This document shows positions 19,248 through 30,146 of a stretch of 51,280 nucleotides of DNA, one piece after another. A program made the position numbers and the translations under genes. The notes beneath the pieces were generated by a model. The model was not told where the DNA came from. It did no database searches and saw only the letters and a program-made list of their open reading frames with translations. Each line of letters opens with the position of its first letter. The first letter of the stretch is position 1. The DNA is taken from positions 1 through 51,280 of the IMG/VR virus record IMGVR_UViG_3300032327_000957, one strand, 5' to 3'. Origin of the DNA: a virus (taxonomy: Duplodnaviria > Caudoviricetes).

Positions 19248-19736
19248 ATGAAAATAGTTATTAAACCATCAGATATAGTTAAAAGAGGGTTATGGGATAC
19301 ATATGTGTATTATGTAGTTGGTTCTGAAAAAGAATCAGAAAAGATTTTAGCAGAAGATAAAGAATTCGAATTAAGTGAAAGAAATGGTATAGTTATTGGA
19401 TTATTAAAAGTAATGGAAACTGATAATTTAATTCATAGATTTAATGACTATTTCATTCATTTTTTGAGTATTAAATCAATGAAAGACGGTGATGAGATTT
19501 TAGTAAAAAAGAAATCAGTTGAATTAGCTATTTCTAATTTTAGAGATAAGTTTCCTTCACATTGGAATTGTGAACTAAATTGGAAAATGGCTTTAAAAGA
19601 TTTAGATGTTTATTTAAATGATTTATCACTAAAGATAGAAAAATTAGAATTACTTAAATTAACATTAAAAAATATTAATTACGAATTTTATTATTCAAAT
19701 AATGTTAAGAAACTATTAAATTTTAATAATTATTAA
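19248..19736 (+). CDS. Hypothetical protein
   Basis: 162-aa ORF with upstream AAAC-N16 motif. Confidence 0.55.
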   Translation: MKIVIKPSDIVKRGLWDTYVYYVVGSEKESEKILAEDKEFELSERNGIVIGLLKVMETDNLIHRFNDYFIHFLSIKSMKDGDEILVKKKSVELAISNFRDKFPSHWNCELNWKMALKDLDVYLNDLSLKIEKLELLKLTLKNINYEFYYSNNVKKLLNFNNY

Positions 19737-20113
19737 ATATACTTATTAATAATATTATATAATTCTTCTTTAGATTTCTTACTACATTCTAATTCTTTAC
19801 CATCAACAAAAACAGATATAACTAAATTGGTTCTTAATAAATAATCTTCACAATAAAGAACTACTTTTACATTAGTAATTTTAAAATCATCTTTTGTTGG
19901 AGTGGTTGTGAAAAATGTTATAGTTTGGAATTTTTGTAATACATGATCTATTTGAAATTTTTTAACAGGTTTAATTGGATTATGTATTACTTTTATATTT
20001 TTTGGAGGACACTTTGTATTTAAAGAGTTAATAACTGTTAGCATTATACTTTCGTCTTTAAATAACATTTTATTCACTAAGTTTTTTTCATTAAATGATT
20101 GTAAATGTTTCAT
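19733..20113 (-). CDS. Hypothetical protein (leader-motif family)
   Basis: 126 aa, starts MKHLQSFNE. Confidence 0.55.
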   Translation of the reverse strand: MKHLQSFNEKNLVNKMLFKDESIMLTVINSLNTKCPPKNIKVIHNPIKPVKKFQIDHVLQKFQTITFFTTTPTKDDFKITNVKVVLYCEDYLLRTNLVISVFVDGKELECSKKSKEELYNIINKYI

Positions 20114-20115
20114 AT

Positions 20116-20466
20116 TTATTTTGTTTTTTCGTATATAAATAGCTTATTAAAATAACCAAATTTGGTATTCATTATTTCTAATATATCTTTATATGTTTTA
20201 TCTAATCCATAGCTACTTATATCATTCCAACAATTATCTCTATATGAGATTTCTTTCATTGAAAATGTTTGAAACCATTTTTTATAATCTAAAGAAAATT
20301 CTTTTTTTGGATTCCTTGCTTCAAACATCTTTATTAAAGATTTTAATGCGGATTGATCATTAGCTATGGATAATTTATGACCCTTCCACAATAACTTATA
20401 TTCCAATAATTTATTGGAAAAAATAATCTCCTTATCACTAAATTCATTAACCACTATATAGTCCAT
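20116..20466 (-). CDS. Hypothetical protein
   Basis: 116-aa ORF preceded by TAATATATA (20493-20501, minus). Confidence 0.5.
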   Translation of the reverse strand: MDYIVVNEFSDKEIIFSNKLLEYKLLWKGHKLSIANDQSALKSLIKMFEARNPKKEFSLDYKKWFQTFSMKEISYRDNCWNDISSYGLDKTYKDILEIMNTKFGYFNKLFIYEKTK

Positions 20467-20529
20467 AATAAAACTTTATTAATATATAATTATATATATT
20501 AAGTATTTTAAACAAAAAAAAATTAAAAA

Positions 20530-21381
20530 ATGAGAAAAGATTATTACAACATTTTAAGCATTGATAAGTCTGCTTCTACAGAAGATATTAAAAAGGCTTA
20601 TCGAAAGTTGGCAATGACCCACCATCCTGATAAAGGTGGAGATGAAGCAAAGTTTAAAGAAATAACTGAGGCTTATGAAATTTTATCAGATAATGATAAA
20701 AAGTTTAAATATGATAACAATATAGGAGATAATCCTTTTGGAGGAGGTAATCCTTTTGGAAATGGTAATCCTTTTGGAGGAGGTTTTAATGTAGATGATA
20801 TATTCTCCCATTTTTTTAATCAACAAAGGATTAGAAAAGGGGGTGATTTAAGAATTAAACTTATATTAAATATTAATGAAATTATTAATGGTTGTAATAG
20901 AACTATTAAATATCCAAGAAATATTGTTAAAAATAACACTGTTATAACAGCAGAAGATACTGTTGAAATTAATTTTCCAGCAGGTGTTGGAACGGGTATG
21001 ACATTAAACATGCCTGGTAAAGGTAATGAAATATTAGATGGACAACCAGGTGATCTTCATGTAATAATTGAAGAAGAACAATATACTGAGTTTTCAAGAA
21101 TTAATTCTGATTTAGTATATGAAAGAAAATTAAGTATTACTGATTTTGTATTAGGTACTAATTTTGATATAAATGCACCAACTGGTAAAATACAAGTAAC
21201 GGTTCCCGCAGGAACAGAAGTTGGTAGTAAACAAATTTTTAATGGGAAAGGAATTCCTGTTATAGATATGGGAGGAAATGTAAGGGGTAGAGGAAGTATT
21301 GTTGTTATTTTTTCAATAGAGATTCCAAAAACTTTAACTCCTGAAAAGAAAGCAATTTTTGAACAATTAAAAAATATATAA
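20530..21381 (+). CDS. dnaJ: DnaJ/Hsp40 co-chaperone, class B (no zinc finger)
   Basis: J-domain with HPD (HHPDKGG), G/F region, C-terminal domain GDLHV. Confidence 0.93.
   Translation: MRKDYYNILSIDKSASTEDIKKAYRKLAMTHHPDKGGDEAKFKEITEAYEILSDNDKKFKYDNNIGDNPFGGGNPFGNGNPFGGGFNVDDIFSHFFNQQRIRKGGDLRIKLILNINEIINGCNRTIKYPRNIVKNNTVITAEDTVEINFPAGVGTGMTLNMPGKGNEILDGQPGDLHVIIEEEQYTEFSRINSDLVYERKLSITDFVLGTNFDINAPTGKIQVTVPAGTEVGSKQIFNGKGIPVIDMGGNVRGRGSIVVIFSIEIPKTLTPEKKAIFEQLKNI
20731..20784 (+). repeat. Three tandem 18-nt repeats encoding NPFG(G/N)G in DnaJ G/F linker
   Basis: AATCCTTTTGGA(GGA/AAT)GGT x3. Confidence 0.85.
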
Positions 21382-21686
21382 TGAAGTACGAAATTAAAAT
21401 TGAATTTACTGACGAACCTAAACTTAAAGAAATAGTACATAATACCTATTTTGGTGAAGAAGGAAATGGTAAAATTTTAAAAAACAAAGATGAATTTTTC
21501 TTTCCTAACGAAGATTCTAATTCAATAATCCTAAAAGGATTAAATAATATGACTGTTAGAGTTATAAATAATAATCAAATAGATGGATTTTTAAGATGTT
21601 CTGTTAGAGAAGAAGAAAATGGAATCTATTTAACTCCGTGTAATATCTATTGTATAGTAGATAATGGCAAATATTCTTTTTATTAA
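21381..21686 (+). CDS. Hypothetical protein
   Basis: 101 aa, start overlaps dnaJ stop. Confidence 0.55.
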   Translation: MKYEIKIEFTDEPKLKEIVHNTYFGEEGNGKILKNKDEFFFPNEDSNSIILKGLNNMTVRVINNNQIDGFLRCSVREEENGIYLTPCNIYCIVDNGKYSFY

Positions 21687-21692
21687 TAAATT

Positions 21693-22640
21693 ATGTATAT
21701 GAAAAAATTTGATTACAAGGACATTAACCTAGTCCCAAAAAAATGTATTGTAGATAGCCGTTCTGAATGTGATACAAGCTTAAAATTAGGTAATTTTACA
21801 TTTAAGATGCCAATAGTTCCATCAAATATGGAATCAGTTATTAACGAAGACTTATGTATAAAATTAGCAGAAGCAGGTCATTTTTATATAATGCATCGCT
21901 TTGATAATGATATGTTTGAATTTCATAAAATGATGAAATCAAGACTATTAGTATCATCTATTTCTATGGGGGTAAATGAAGATGCTTATCAATTAGTAGA
22001 TAAATTTGTAGATAACGATACTTATCCTGATTTTATTACGATTGATATTGCTCATGGACACTCTGTTAAAATGAAAGATATGATAAAATATATAAAAGCT
22101 AATTTACCAGGTTCTTTTATTATAGCAGGTAATGTATCAACTCCCGAAGGAGTTTCTGATTTAGAATCTTGGGGAGCTCATGCTACAAAAGTTGGGATTG
22201 CACCAGGTGCTTTTTGTTCTACCGCAATGAATACAGGATTTGGATCTCGTGGTTGTCAAGCATCAGTTATTAAAGAATGTGCGACAGTTGCTACTAAACC
22301 AATTATAGCGGATGGTGGAATTAGGGAACCAGGTGATATTGCTAAATCACTTGTTTTAGGTGCTACTTGTGTAATGATTGGTGGTATGTTAGGTGGATTT
22401 TTAGATTCTCCAGGGGAAACTATTTATACAACAGAAGGTTCATTTAAAGAAATGTGGGGTTCTGCATCTAACAGACAAAGTGGAAAAACTTCAAGAATTG
22501 AGGGTATCTCTAAAAGAGTTCCATTAAAGAATAAAACTTTTTTAGAAGAGTATAAGTTTTTAACAGAATGTTTACAAAGTTCTATATCATATGGAGGTGG
22601 TAAAGATTTAAAGTGTTTTCTAAATGTATATTATATATAA
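21693..22640 (+). CDS. guaC: GMP reductase
   Basis: SRSECDT, ITIDIAHGHS, IAGNV, KVGIAPGAFCST, IIADGGIR, LQSSISYGGG; no CBS domains. Confidence 0.9.
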   Translation: MYMKKFDYKDINLVPKKCIVDSRSECDTSLKLGNFTFKMPIVPSNMESVINEDLCIKLAEAGHFYIMHRFDNDMFEFHKMMKSRLLVSSISMGVNEDAYQLVDKFVDNDTYPDFITIDIAHGHSVKMKDMIKYIKANLPGSFIIAGNVSTPEGVSDLESWGAHATKVGIAPGAFCSTAMNTGFGSRGCQASVIKECATVATKPIIADGGIREPGDIAKSLVLGATCVMIGGMLGGFLDSPGETIYTTEGSFKEMWGSASNRQSGKTSRIEGISKRVPLKNKTFLEEYKFLTECLQSSISYGGGKDLKCFLNVYYI

Positions 22641-23005
22641 TGTTTTTACCTATTTCAATAAATGAAAGAATAAATTTTATTAAATCGATAGGACCTTTAT
22701 CCTTGTCAGATGAAATTATAAAAAAATTAGCTAATAATAGAAATATTTATTATAGTTGTAATAGTAGAGTTTGTAGTTTACTGTATATAAAAGATAATAA
22801 AGGGATAACAATATCACATTTATGTAAGGTTTATAATTATGATATTAATATAAATCAACCATTTATTATATATGAAGTTTATGAGACATATTTAAGAGGA
22901 TTTTTTGTAGACGATTATATGAATGAAATAAATTATAAAGAATATATAATGAAATATGGTTATCATAGAGGTAAACTAATATCAGAAATATTAGATAATG
23001 AATAA
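22640..23005 (+). CDS. Hypothetical protein
   Basis: ATG at 22640 overlapping guaC stop; C-terminal RGKLISEIL. Confidence 0.5.
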   Translation: MFLPISINERINFIKSIGPLSLSDEIIKKLANNRNIYYSCNSRVCSLLYIKDNKGITISHLCKVYNYDININQPFIIYEVYETYLRGFFVDDYMNEINYKEYIMKYGYHRGKLISEILDNE

Positions 23006-23372
23006 AAATAAAATTATGATTAAAGAAAAATTAGAAAAAGAAGTATCTGATATAATAAAAATGTTAGGAACTCCAAAAGAAATAGAAGATCTATTGCGTA
23101 TTCTTAATATAAATATAGAACATTATAAAGGATTATTACCTAGATTTATAAATAATGGCTATCCCTTATTTATAGGAGATCCATTTAAAAGATCAAGTGA
23201 TATTTTCTTTCAAATAGAAACATCATGGTTAACTTTATCCCCTCCTGATGAGTGGTCAAGCATATTAAGAGCATATTCACAAACATTTAATATACATGAT
23301 ATATTTACTAAAGAATATATAGAAACTTCAGGTATTTTAAGAAATGCTAAAATTGATTATTTATTAAAATAA
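22998..23372 (+). CDS. Hypothetical protein
   Basis: 124 aa; C-terminal RNAKIDYLL. Confidence 0.5.
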   Translation: MNKNKIMIKEKLEKEVSDIIKMLGTPKEIEDLLRILNINIEHYKGLLPRFINNGYPLFIGDPFKRSSDIFFQIETSWLTLSPPDEWSSILRAYSQTFNIHDIFTKEYIETSGILRNAKIDYLLK

Positions 23373-23396
23373 AAAACACCCAAAAGGGTGTTTTTT
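23371..23396. terminator. Bidirectional terminator
   Basis: AAAAAACACCC-AAAA-GGGTGTTTTTT. Confidence 0.85.
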
Positions 23397-24675
23397 ATGC
23401 ATATTTCCATTTATATCCACCAGCAGTTTTTCTTTTACCACTTAAACAATGATTTATATTGTTTATATTATTCTCTCTTTCTGCTTCACTAATAGAATTA
23501 TATGTTTTTATATAATTATTTAATAAATCATATTGATTAATTGTTTTTTTATTATGTTTGTTATTAACATATTTATCTACAAAAGTTTCTTTATATTTCC
23601 ATATATAATTATTTGAAGATTTAATTTTATTATTGCAACAAGCACTAATTCTACTTGAATTAGAATTAGTTAATTTTGCAGCTTCTGCTATTGAATTAAA
23701 CTCTTTAATTTTATTTCCTAATAAATCATATTGAATAACTAATTTTATTTTATTATTTTTATATTCAATAGGAGATTTATCTTCACTATATTTCCATGTA
23801 AATCCTCCTGAAGATTTATTTTTTATTTGAATATTTATATTTGTTACTTTTTCTGCCTCCGCAATTGATTTATATGTTTTTATATAATTTCCTGATAAAT
23901 CATATTGATTAACTGATTTTAATTTTTCACTAATTAAATTATCTAAACCCAAATCAAATAATTCATCTTTATATCTCCATATAAAACCACCAGCAGTTTT
24001 TAACTCACCTCTACAACAATGAGCTACATTACCAAATCCTTTTATATCAGATAATGTATCCCATTCTTTAATTAAATTACCAAATAAATCATATTGAAGA
24101 ACCACTTTTTTTGGATTAGTTGATAATTGCTCTTTCCAAGATTCTTTATCTTTTTGTATATTACACTTTTTAAGATTTGTAAATATAGTTTTTTTAGAAA
24201 CTTCTAATTCTTCCGATAACTCAGGCATAGATAGATTCTCTATAATATATTTTTGATATAATAAATCTTTATCTAAAATAATTCTTGGAACACTTTTTGA
24301 AGGATTGTTAGAATAATATTCTTTTAATGATTTGGAAACATTTTGCTTTCTTTCTTCTGAAGCTTTAAATCCATTATGCCCATCTCCACCATTTGTAGAA
24401 TTTACCAGATTAAATCCCCAAGATTTAATTAAACATATCCAATATTGTTCCCAAAATTGCCATTCAGATTCTAAAACTTCATCTAAAATCTCTATATTCG
24501 GTTTAATCCCTTTTAATATTAATGAATTAATCCAATTATGTTTATGAGTTTTTCTTTCAGATCTCATACTTTCTCTTATATGAGAGCTTAATCTTTGTAT
24601 AGGATAACTTGTTTTTCCAACATATCTTATGTTTCCTAACTCATCTGATAATGAATAAATAAATGTTGTTTTCAT
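23395..24675 (-). CDS. GIY-YIG homing endonuclease with four NUMOD1-like DNA-binding repeats
   Basis: FIYSL...RYVGKT...R...E...N; four QYDLxGNxIKx repeats each ending in a WKY/WRY strand. Confidence 0.88.
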   Translation of the reverse strand: MKTTFIYSLSDELGNIRYVGKTSYPIQRLSSHIRESMRSERKTHKHNWINSLILKGIKPNIEILDEVLESEWQFWEQYWICLIKSWGFNLVNSTNGGDGHNGFKASEERKQNVSKSLKEYYSNNPSKSVPRIILDKDLLYQKYIIENLSMPELSEELEVSKKTIFTNLKKCNIQKDKESWKEQLSTNPKKVVLQYDLFGNLIKEWDTLSDIKGFGNVAHCCRGELKTAGGFIWRYKDELFDLGLDNLISEKLKSVNQYDLSGNYIKTYKSIAEAEKVTNINIQIKNKSSGGFTWKYSEDKSPIEYKNNKIKLVIQYDLLGNKIKEFNSIAEAAKLTNSNSSRISACCNNKIKSSNNYIWKYKETFVDKYVNNKHNKKTINQYDLLNNYIKTYNSISEAERENNINNINHCLSGKRKTAGGYKWKYA

Positions 24676-24720
24676 AATATATTTTTCTTTTTATAGAATT
24701 ATATATTAAAAAGTAAGGCC

Positions 24721-25512
24721 TTATCTTTTGCAAGAAAAAAACCATGCAGAATTGCTCATACCTTTTATATCCGTCTCAACTTCAGTCATTTCTTCCTTAC
24801 CTTCAGTAACTAATGCAGCTGCATTATATTTAACACCACCTGGTAAGTTAAAATCTAATCTACCTAATAAATTACCTAATTGTCTTTTAGACCAACCTGT
24901 TATATATTTAATAAAATATGGATCTGTATATAAATGTTCTGCTGGTATATTAGCATATGCTTCTAATACTAAATCAGTATCTACACTTGTTAATACATTT
25001 AATCTTCTCATATCATAATTATATTGGAATCTAACTGTATATTTATTTAATTGATTTAACATATCTGACATTGAATCAATTAATACTTTATAAATACCCA
25101 ATTCACCAATTGTTGTTACATAAGATGATAAATAAGGTTGGTTAGTAACCCCTAAATTAACTGATAAATTAGGAGTATTAAGACCTAATGAATATAAATT
25201 CACATTGCGAATTTCATAAATCCAGTTAATAGATTGTATTTCTTCTGGTAATGTTATATATCCATAAGCAGAATAATCTTGGTGACTAAAACATTCTTTT
25301 CTAACAACATAATAAACTTTTGAAACTGCATACATATAGTTTTGATAAAACCACTTTTTAGCTCTAGTTTCTACAAATCTTATTATCTCACTATCAGGTA
25401 ATGTTTTTGGTAAAGCAAATCCAACAGTTATATCTTGTTGTATTTGATCTACTAATTCTTCTATTGTATATGCGTTGTAGCTTGGTTGATATGATCTATC
25501 ATTTGGATTCAT
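24721..25512 (-). CDS. Head-tail neck protein (T4 gp13-like)
   Basis: C-terminal KRQLGNLLGRLDFNLPGGVKYNA typical of gp13; TAATATATA upstream. Confidence 0.7.
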   Translation of the reverse strand: MNPNDRSYQPSYNAYTIEELVDQIQQDITVGFALPKTLPDSEIIRFVETRAKKWFYQNYMYAVSKVYYVVRKECFSHQDYSAYGYITLPEEIQSINWIYEIRNVNLYSLGLNTPNLSVNLGVTNQPYLSSYVTTIGELGIYKVLIDSMSDMLNQLNKYTVRFQYNYDMRRLNVLTSVDTDLVLEAYANIPAEHLYTDPYFIKYITGWSKRQLGNLLGRLDFNLPGGVKYNAAALVTEGKEEMTEVETDIKGMSNSAWFFSCKR

Positions 25513-25594
25513 ATTAGTTAGTATTTTTTTATAAAGTATATATTAAATAATACTTTACGAAATTAATATATACATCATAAAAACATATACTATA

Positions 25595-26032
25595 ATGGAT
25601 AATATAAAAGACTTTTTAGAATTTATAAATGAAGATACCTCAGCAGTTGGTGGACCATCAGTTGGAGGTGGAGACGGTGGAGGTGGAGGAGAAGCTTATG
25701 GTAATGCCGCAACTTTAGGTATGGGTCCTGTGGTAAGTGCTCAGCCTTCATCATTTGCAGGAACTACAATTGGTTCAGATTGGACAAGAGGTGGTGGAAC
25801 TATAGGTTCGGGAGATGTTAATGCAAATACTAGAAAAAACCCTTATATGAAACAAGGTGCTAAATTTGGAAATAAAAAAACTAAAAATCACGGATCTACT
25901 AGAGGTAAAAAAATGAGATCAGTAGGTTTTGATGTTAAACAATTAGCTCCAAAAAAAGCAGGTAAAGTTCTTAACTTTGACGATTTTCAAAAGAAAAATA
26001 CAGAAACAGTAACTAAGGTTAAAGATTTCTAA
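25595..26032 (+). CDS. Gly-rich hypothetical protein (leader-motif family)
   Basis: Starts MDNIKDFLEFINED; low-complexity Gly stretch, basic tail. Confidence 0.6.
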   Translation: MDNIKDFLEFINEDTSAVGGPSVGGGDGGGGGEAYGNAATLGMGPVVSAQPSSFAGTTIGSDWTRGGGTIGSGDVNANTRKNPYMKQGAKFGNKKTKNHGSTRGKKMRSVGFDVKQLAPKKAGKVLNFDDFQKKNTETVTKVKDF

Positions 26033-26083
26033 TAAACTTTTCAATTTTTATTGATATATTATTTTAAATAATAATAAATATCT

Positions 26084-26611
26084 ATGAAAAAATATGAATC
26101 TATGATAATTTGCGGTCCATCTGCATCAGGAAAAAATGTATTATTAGAATATTGTATAAAAGCTGGTCTTCCATACTCACCTAAAATAACTACTAGACCA
26201 AAAAGAAATGGTGAAACTAATGGTATAGATTATATCTATACTGATAATCAAGATTTTGAAGAAATGTTAATGCATGGTATGATTAAAACCTATCAAAAGT
26301 TTTTTATTGATGGTGATATATGGTATTATGGTATATCCAAAGAAAATTTTGATACTAATCAAGTATTCATTATGACTCCACATGAAATAAAATCCCTATC
26401 AAAAGATGATAAGGATAAATGTTATATCGTTTATTTAGATATAAATGAAGATATAAGAAAATCAAGAATAGAAAAAAGATATGATTCTAATGACTCTGTT
26501 ATGAGAAGAATATTAGCAGATAGAGTTGATTTTGATAACTTTATTGAGTATGATTTAAAAATAAGTGATGCAGATTTTGATGCAGAATTTATTTTTTCCT
26601 TAATGAATTAA
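26084..26611 (+). CDS. gmk: Guanylate kinase-like nucleotide kinase
   Basis: GPSASGK P-loop, TTRPKRNGETNGIDY, WYYG. Confidence 0.85.
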   Translation: MKKYESMIICGPSASGKNVLLEYCIKAGLPYSPKITTRPKRNGETNGIDYIYTDNQDFEEMLMHGMIKTYQKFFIDGDIWYYGISKENFDTNQVFIMTPHEIKSLSKDDKDKCYIVYLDINEDIRKSRIEKRYDSNDSVMRRILADRVDFDNFIEYDLKISDADFDAEFIFSLMN

Positions 26612-27300
26612 GGTTCTCTATATATTTTACTTCCTTCTTTTATTGAAAGTCCTTTAAGTTGACCATTTATAGAATCACATATTTCTTCAGCAGAAGAAAC
26701 TGTGTTTTCTAGAATGGTTAATATTATGTTTAATATTGAATAAACTTTTAATAAGTTTTGATCTGAATCATAAAAATCCGAATTACAAATGCCTTCTAAT
26801 AAATCAATTGTTAAATTAATATTATCATTGATTTTATTTTTCATCTTTTCAATTATAATAGGTGGAATACCTATATTCTTCATCTCATTCTCATATTCAT
26901 AAATTGTATCATTTATTAATTTTAGAATACTTTTCCATAATTCACCTTGATCCATTCTTTCATATATTTTAGAATTAATATATGAAAGAGTACATTCTTT
27001 ATGCTTTTTAAGATAAATAGTTAAATATTTTCTAAATATAATAGTTCTATATTCTGTTGAAAATATTAATGTAGGTATTTTAGAATTAATCCATAAATCA
27101 ATATAATTGAATAGATTATGATTTAAAATATCTGTTTCTCTAACTTTCTTTTTTGAATGAAACTTATCAAATACACTTTTAAAAAAATGTAAAAATAAAG
27201 GACTTTTTGATATTATATATAATAGTATCAATAACATAGTTATTAATGAGCTTTTAACCCCATATTTAGATAGTAAAGTTAGAAAATCTTGTAATGTCAT
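26608..27300 (-). CDS. Membrane-anchored protein, holin-like candidate
   Basis: Single N-terminal hydrophobic helix LITMLLILLYII plus soluble domain; late-type motif upstream. Confidence 0.35.
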   Translation of the reverse strand: MTLQDFLTLLSKYGVKSSLITMLLILLYIISKSPLFLHFFKSVFDKFHSKKKVRETDILNHNLFNYIDLWINSKIPTLIFSTEYRTIIFRKYLTIYLKKHKECTLSYINSKIYERMDQGELWKSILKLINDTIYEYENEMKNIGIPPIIIEKMKNKINDNINLTIDLLEGICNSDFYDSDQNLLKVYSILNIILTILENTVSSAEEICDSINGQLKGLSIKEGSKIYREP

Positions 27301-27400
27301 TTTTTTAATAATTTAATTTATATATTAAAAATGGAATTCTAAAAATGGTATATATGTAAATATATTATTTTTATATATAATAAAAATATATAATCAACAA

Positions 27401-29110
27401 ATGTTTAGTGAAATTACTTTTAGTAAAGTTAAAGCAGAAATTCAAGCATACTTACAAAGTACATATAATAAAGCAGGTGTTTTATTTACTCCCGCTTCTC
27501 CTTATGGACAAATATTATCAGTAATTGAAAATCTTTTTCAACTTTCTATTTTATATTTAAAAAATGTAATAAAAAATGTTAGCCTTTTAGATAAAACTTC
27601 TATAAACGAAAGAATGATAAAAAATTCAGCTATATTAGCAGGACATTTACCAACAAGAGCTATAAGTGCATCAGGAACATTAAAATTGTCATTAAATTCT
27701 ACTACAGTTATTCAAAATGATATATCAGGTGGTAAAATAACTTTATACAATAAGCAAACTCTAAAAAATAAAACTAATGGTTTATATTACTCAGTAAATT
27801 TAGGAGTAGATAAGCAATTATATAATATAAATAATTCAAGTACTATTTATATACAATTAGTTCAAGGTAGATGGTCAAAAACAACTTTTACTGGCGATGG
27901 AACAATTAGTCAATCTTTTACTGTAACATTAAGAGGTGTTCAAGAGGTTGAAAACTTTAATTATGAAGTATTAGTTAATGGAACTATATGGGAAACCAAA
28001 ACTGCAATAACAGATTTATTACCCAATGAAAATTCTTGTGTTCTTAGATCAGGTATTGATGGTGGGATTGATATTCTTTTTGGTAATAGTGATTTTGGTG
28101 GTATTCCTCCTCTTTCTTCAACAATTGAAGTGTATTATATATCAAGCGATGGACAAAATGGTAATATATTTAGAAGAACTCAAAATGATTGGATTTTTGT
28201 TGATAGTGCTACTGATGGTTTAGGTAATAGTATTGATTTAACAAAGTATTTTAATGTAGATATTTATACAGATATAAACTTTGGTGCAAACGCAGAAGAT
28301 ATATTATTTACAAAAAGTATTGTTCCAGTTAGTTCAAACAATTTTGTTGTTGGTACAGTTCAGCAATTTGCCTATCAAATTAAAAAATTAGGAGTTTTTT
28401 CTCATGTTAATGCTTACTTAAAAAATGGTGTAGTTTATATAATTGCAGTTCCTAATATCAATTTATTCAAAAATTCTAATAGTAGTTATTTTAATATAAG
28501 TTTATCTGCATTTATGTTAGATAATTATGAAAAAAGTAAAATAATAAAATACTTACAATCAGGTGGTAATATTCTTTTATCACAAAAATTAGTTATTGAT
28601 ACTCCAGTTTTATCATTATATGTTATTAACGTATTTATTATTACTTATAGTGATTCAGTGATGGATAATGTTAATTCTGAAATAATTAATGCTTTATCTA
28701 CATATTTTTTAAGTTTAAGTTCAACTGATGCTATTAATGGTAGAATACCTGTTAGTACTATAATTTCTATATTATCTGCTATTAATGATATTAATTCAGT
28801 TAATATTTCATTTGTTAGTAAGAAAAATGAAGACTATCATAGTGCAGCTATAATAGCTGATCAAAATAGAAGAAATCAATATGCAGATCCTACATTATTA
28901 AGTGTAAGTAGACCATCTTTAATGTATAATCCTAATACAACGTTAGGTCTAGATCACTCATTAGGAGATATACTATTCGAACCAAATGAAGTTCCTGTTA
29001 TAAGAGGTGGATGGTATGATAGAAATACTAATTACTACTCCGATGATATAAATAGTAATGTGTTGAAAACTGTTAATATTGTTAATATAGGAACAGTTCA
29101 AAGAAATTAA
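27401..29110 (+). CDS. Baseplate wedge subunit (T4 gp6-like)
   Basis: AILAGHLPTRAISASG, QLVQG, FTGDG, ILFGNSDFGGIPP...IEVYYISSDG pattern. Confidence 0.8.
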   Translation: MFSEITFSKVKAEIQAYLQSTYNKAGVLFTPASPYGQILSVIENLFQLSILYLKNVIKNVSLLDKTSINERMIKNSAILAGHLPTRAISASGTLKLSLNSTTVIQNDISGGKITLYNKQTLKNKTNGLYYSVNLGVDKQLYNINNSSTIYIQLVQGRWSKTTFTGDGTISQSFTVTLRGVQEVENFNYEVLVNGTIWETKTAITDLLPNENSCVLRSGIDGGIDILFGNSDFGGIPPLSSTIEVYYISSDGQNGNIFRRTQNDWIFVDSATDGLGNSIDLTKYFNVDIYTDINFGANAEDILFTKSIVPVSSNNFVVGTVQQFAYQIKKLGVFSHVNAYLKNGVVYIIAVPNINLFKNSNSSYFNISLSAFMLDNYEKSKIIKYLQSGGNILLSQKLVIDTPVLSLYVINVFIITYSDSVMDNVNSEIINALSTYFLSLSSTDAINGRIPVSTIISILSAINDINSVNISFVSKKNEDYHSAAIIADQNRRNQYADPTLLSVSRPSLMYNPNTTLGLDHSLGDILFEPNEVPVIRGGWYDRNTNYYSDDINSNVLKTVNIVNIGTVQRN

Positions 29111-29126
29111 AATAAATATATAAAAT

Positions 29127-29381
29127 ATGTTATTAGAAGATAAGGAAATACCAGAATTATTTAATATGAAACATCTAAATGATGATTTTGTAGGATATGT
29201 TGATTATGAGAATAAAATATTAAATAAGTCATTATCATCTTATTTATATAATAATAATTTAATGAGTTATTTTCTAAATGCTTGTAATAAGTTAGTTAGT
29301 TTGTTATTTGATCAACATAATATAATTAAAAATTGGAATCATTTTGTAGTTGATAAATATTATTATAAACATACTAATTAA
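29127..29381 (+). CDS. Small hypothetical, probably baseplate-associated
   Basis: 84 aa directly after gp6-like gene. Confidence 0.45.
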   Translation: MLLEDKEIPELFNMKHLNDDFVGYVDYENKILNKSLSSYLYNNNLMSYFLNACNKLVSLLFDQHNIIKNWNHFVVDKYYYKHTN

Positions 29382-29441
29382 AATAAACAAAAAACTAAAT
29401 ATACAATTTAATATATATTGTATATTAAAATAAATCATAAT

Positions 29442-30146
29442 ATGGATAAACCAAATAAAAGTAAAATAGCAAGTTTTAAGAAATTCTCGGAACTTAATAA
29501 ATCAGGAAAGATTTCTGAAGAGAAAGATTCAGTTTCTAAAATGCAATTAGGTGAAGATAAATTACCTATGAACCCTAATTTACCTATCAAAAGTACAAAA
29601 AAACCAGTTAGAGCAAATACTAAATATCTTAAACCTAAACATGGAGAAGAACTTGATTTAACTATACCCGAAGATAGTTCTTTAGAACTAGAAGAAGATG
29701 TTTTAGGAGATGAAGAAGTAGTTGATATTAAAACAGATATAAATACAGAAGATGTAAAAGAAAATAAAAAAGTAGAGTTTATTGGAAAAGTAGCTAAATT
29801 ACCAAAAGGAGTAAAAGCAGCTAATGGATTTAACTTTTTAGAATCTATAAAAATATCAAAAAGTTCTATTTGGTATCTAATGGTAGAACGTCAAGATAAC
29901 GAATTACAAATGGTTAAATATAATCATAAACAAGGTGTAGATCTTAATAAGTTTATTACTGGTTTAAAGAAATATTATTCTGAAAAGTATTCTAGTAATC
30001 CTCAAGTTTTAGAAAAGATTAAAAATATAGTAGTTGATGGAAATGATAAGTTTTCAATGGTAAAAAATATACCTACAATAGAATTGGAAGGTAAAAAAAT
30101 GATATCACGAATAACAGAAGATTTAATTAAATTATTAAGTAAATAA
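29442..30146 (+). CDS. Hypothetical protein (leader-motif family)
   Basis: ATG at 29442 after TAATATATA at 29409; IASFKKFSELN. Confidence 0.55.
   Translation: MDKPNKSKIASFKKFSELNKSGKISEEKDSVSKMQLGEDKLPMNPNLPIKSTKKPVRANTKYLKPKHGEELDLTIPEDSSLELEEDVLGDEEVVDIKTDINTEDVKENKKVEFIGKVAKLPKGVKAANGFNFLESIKISKSSIWYLMVERQDNELQMVKYNHKQGVDLNKFITGLKKYYSEKYSSNPQVLEKIKNIVVDGNDKFSMVKNIPTIELEGKKMISRITEDLIKLLSK

Noticed and set aside
20731-20784. Tandem 18-nt repeats as a mini CRISPR array
   Set aside because: In-frame coding repeats of the DnaJ G/F linker with no spacers.
15838-24675. Homing endonuclease genes at 15838 and 23395 as intron-encoded
   Set aside because: Flanking genes appear complete, intergenic gaps are too short for an intron core, and each ends at a terminator; they look free-standing.
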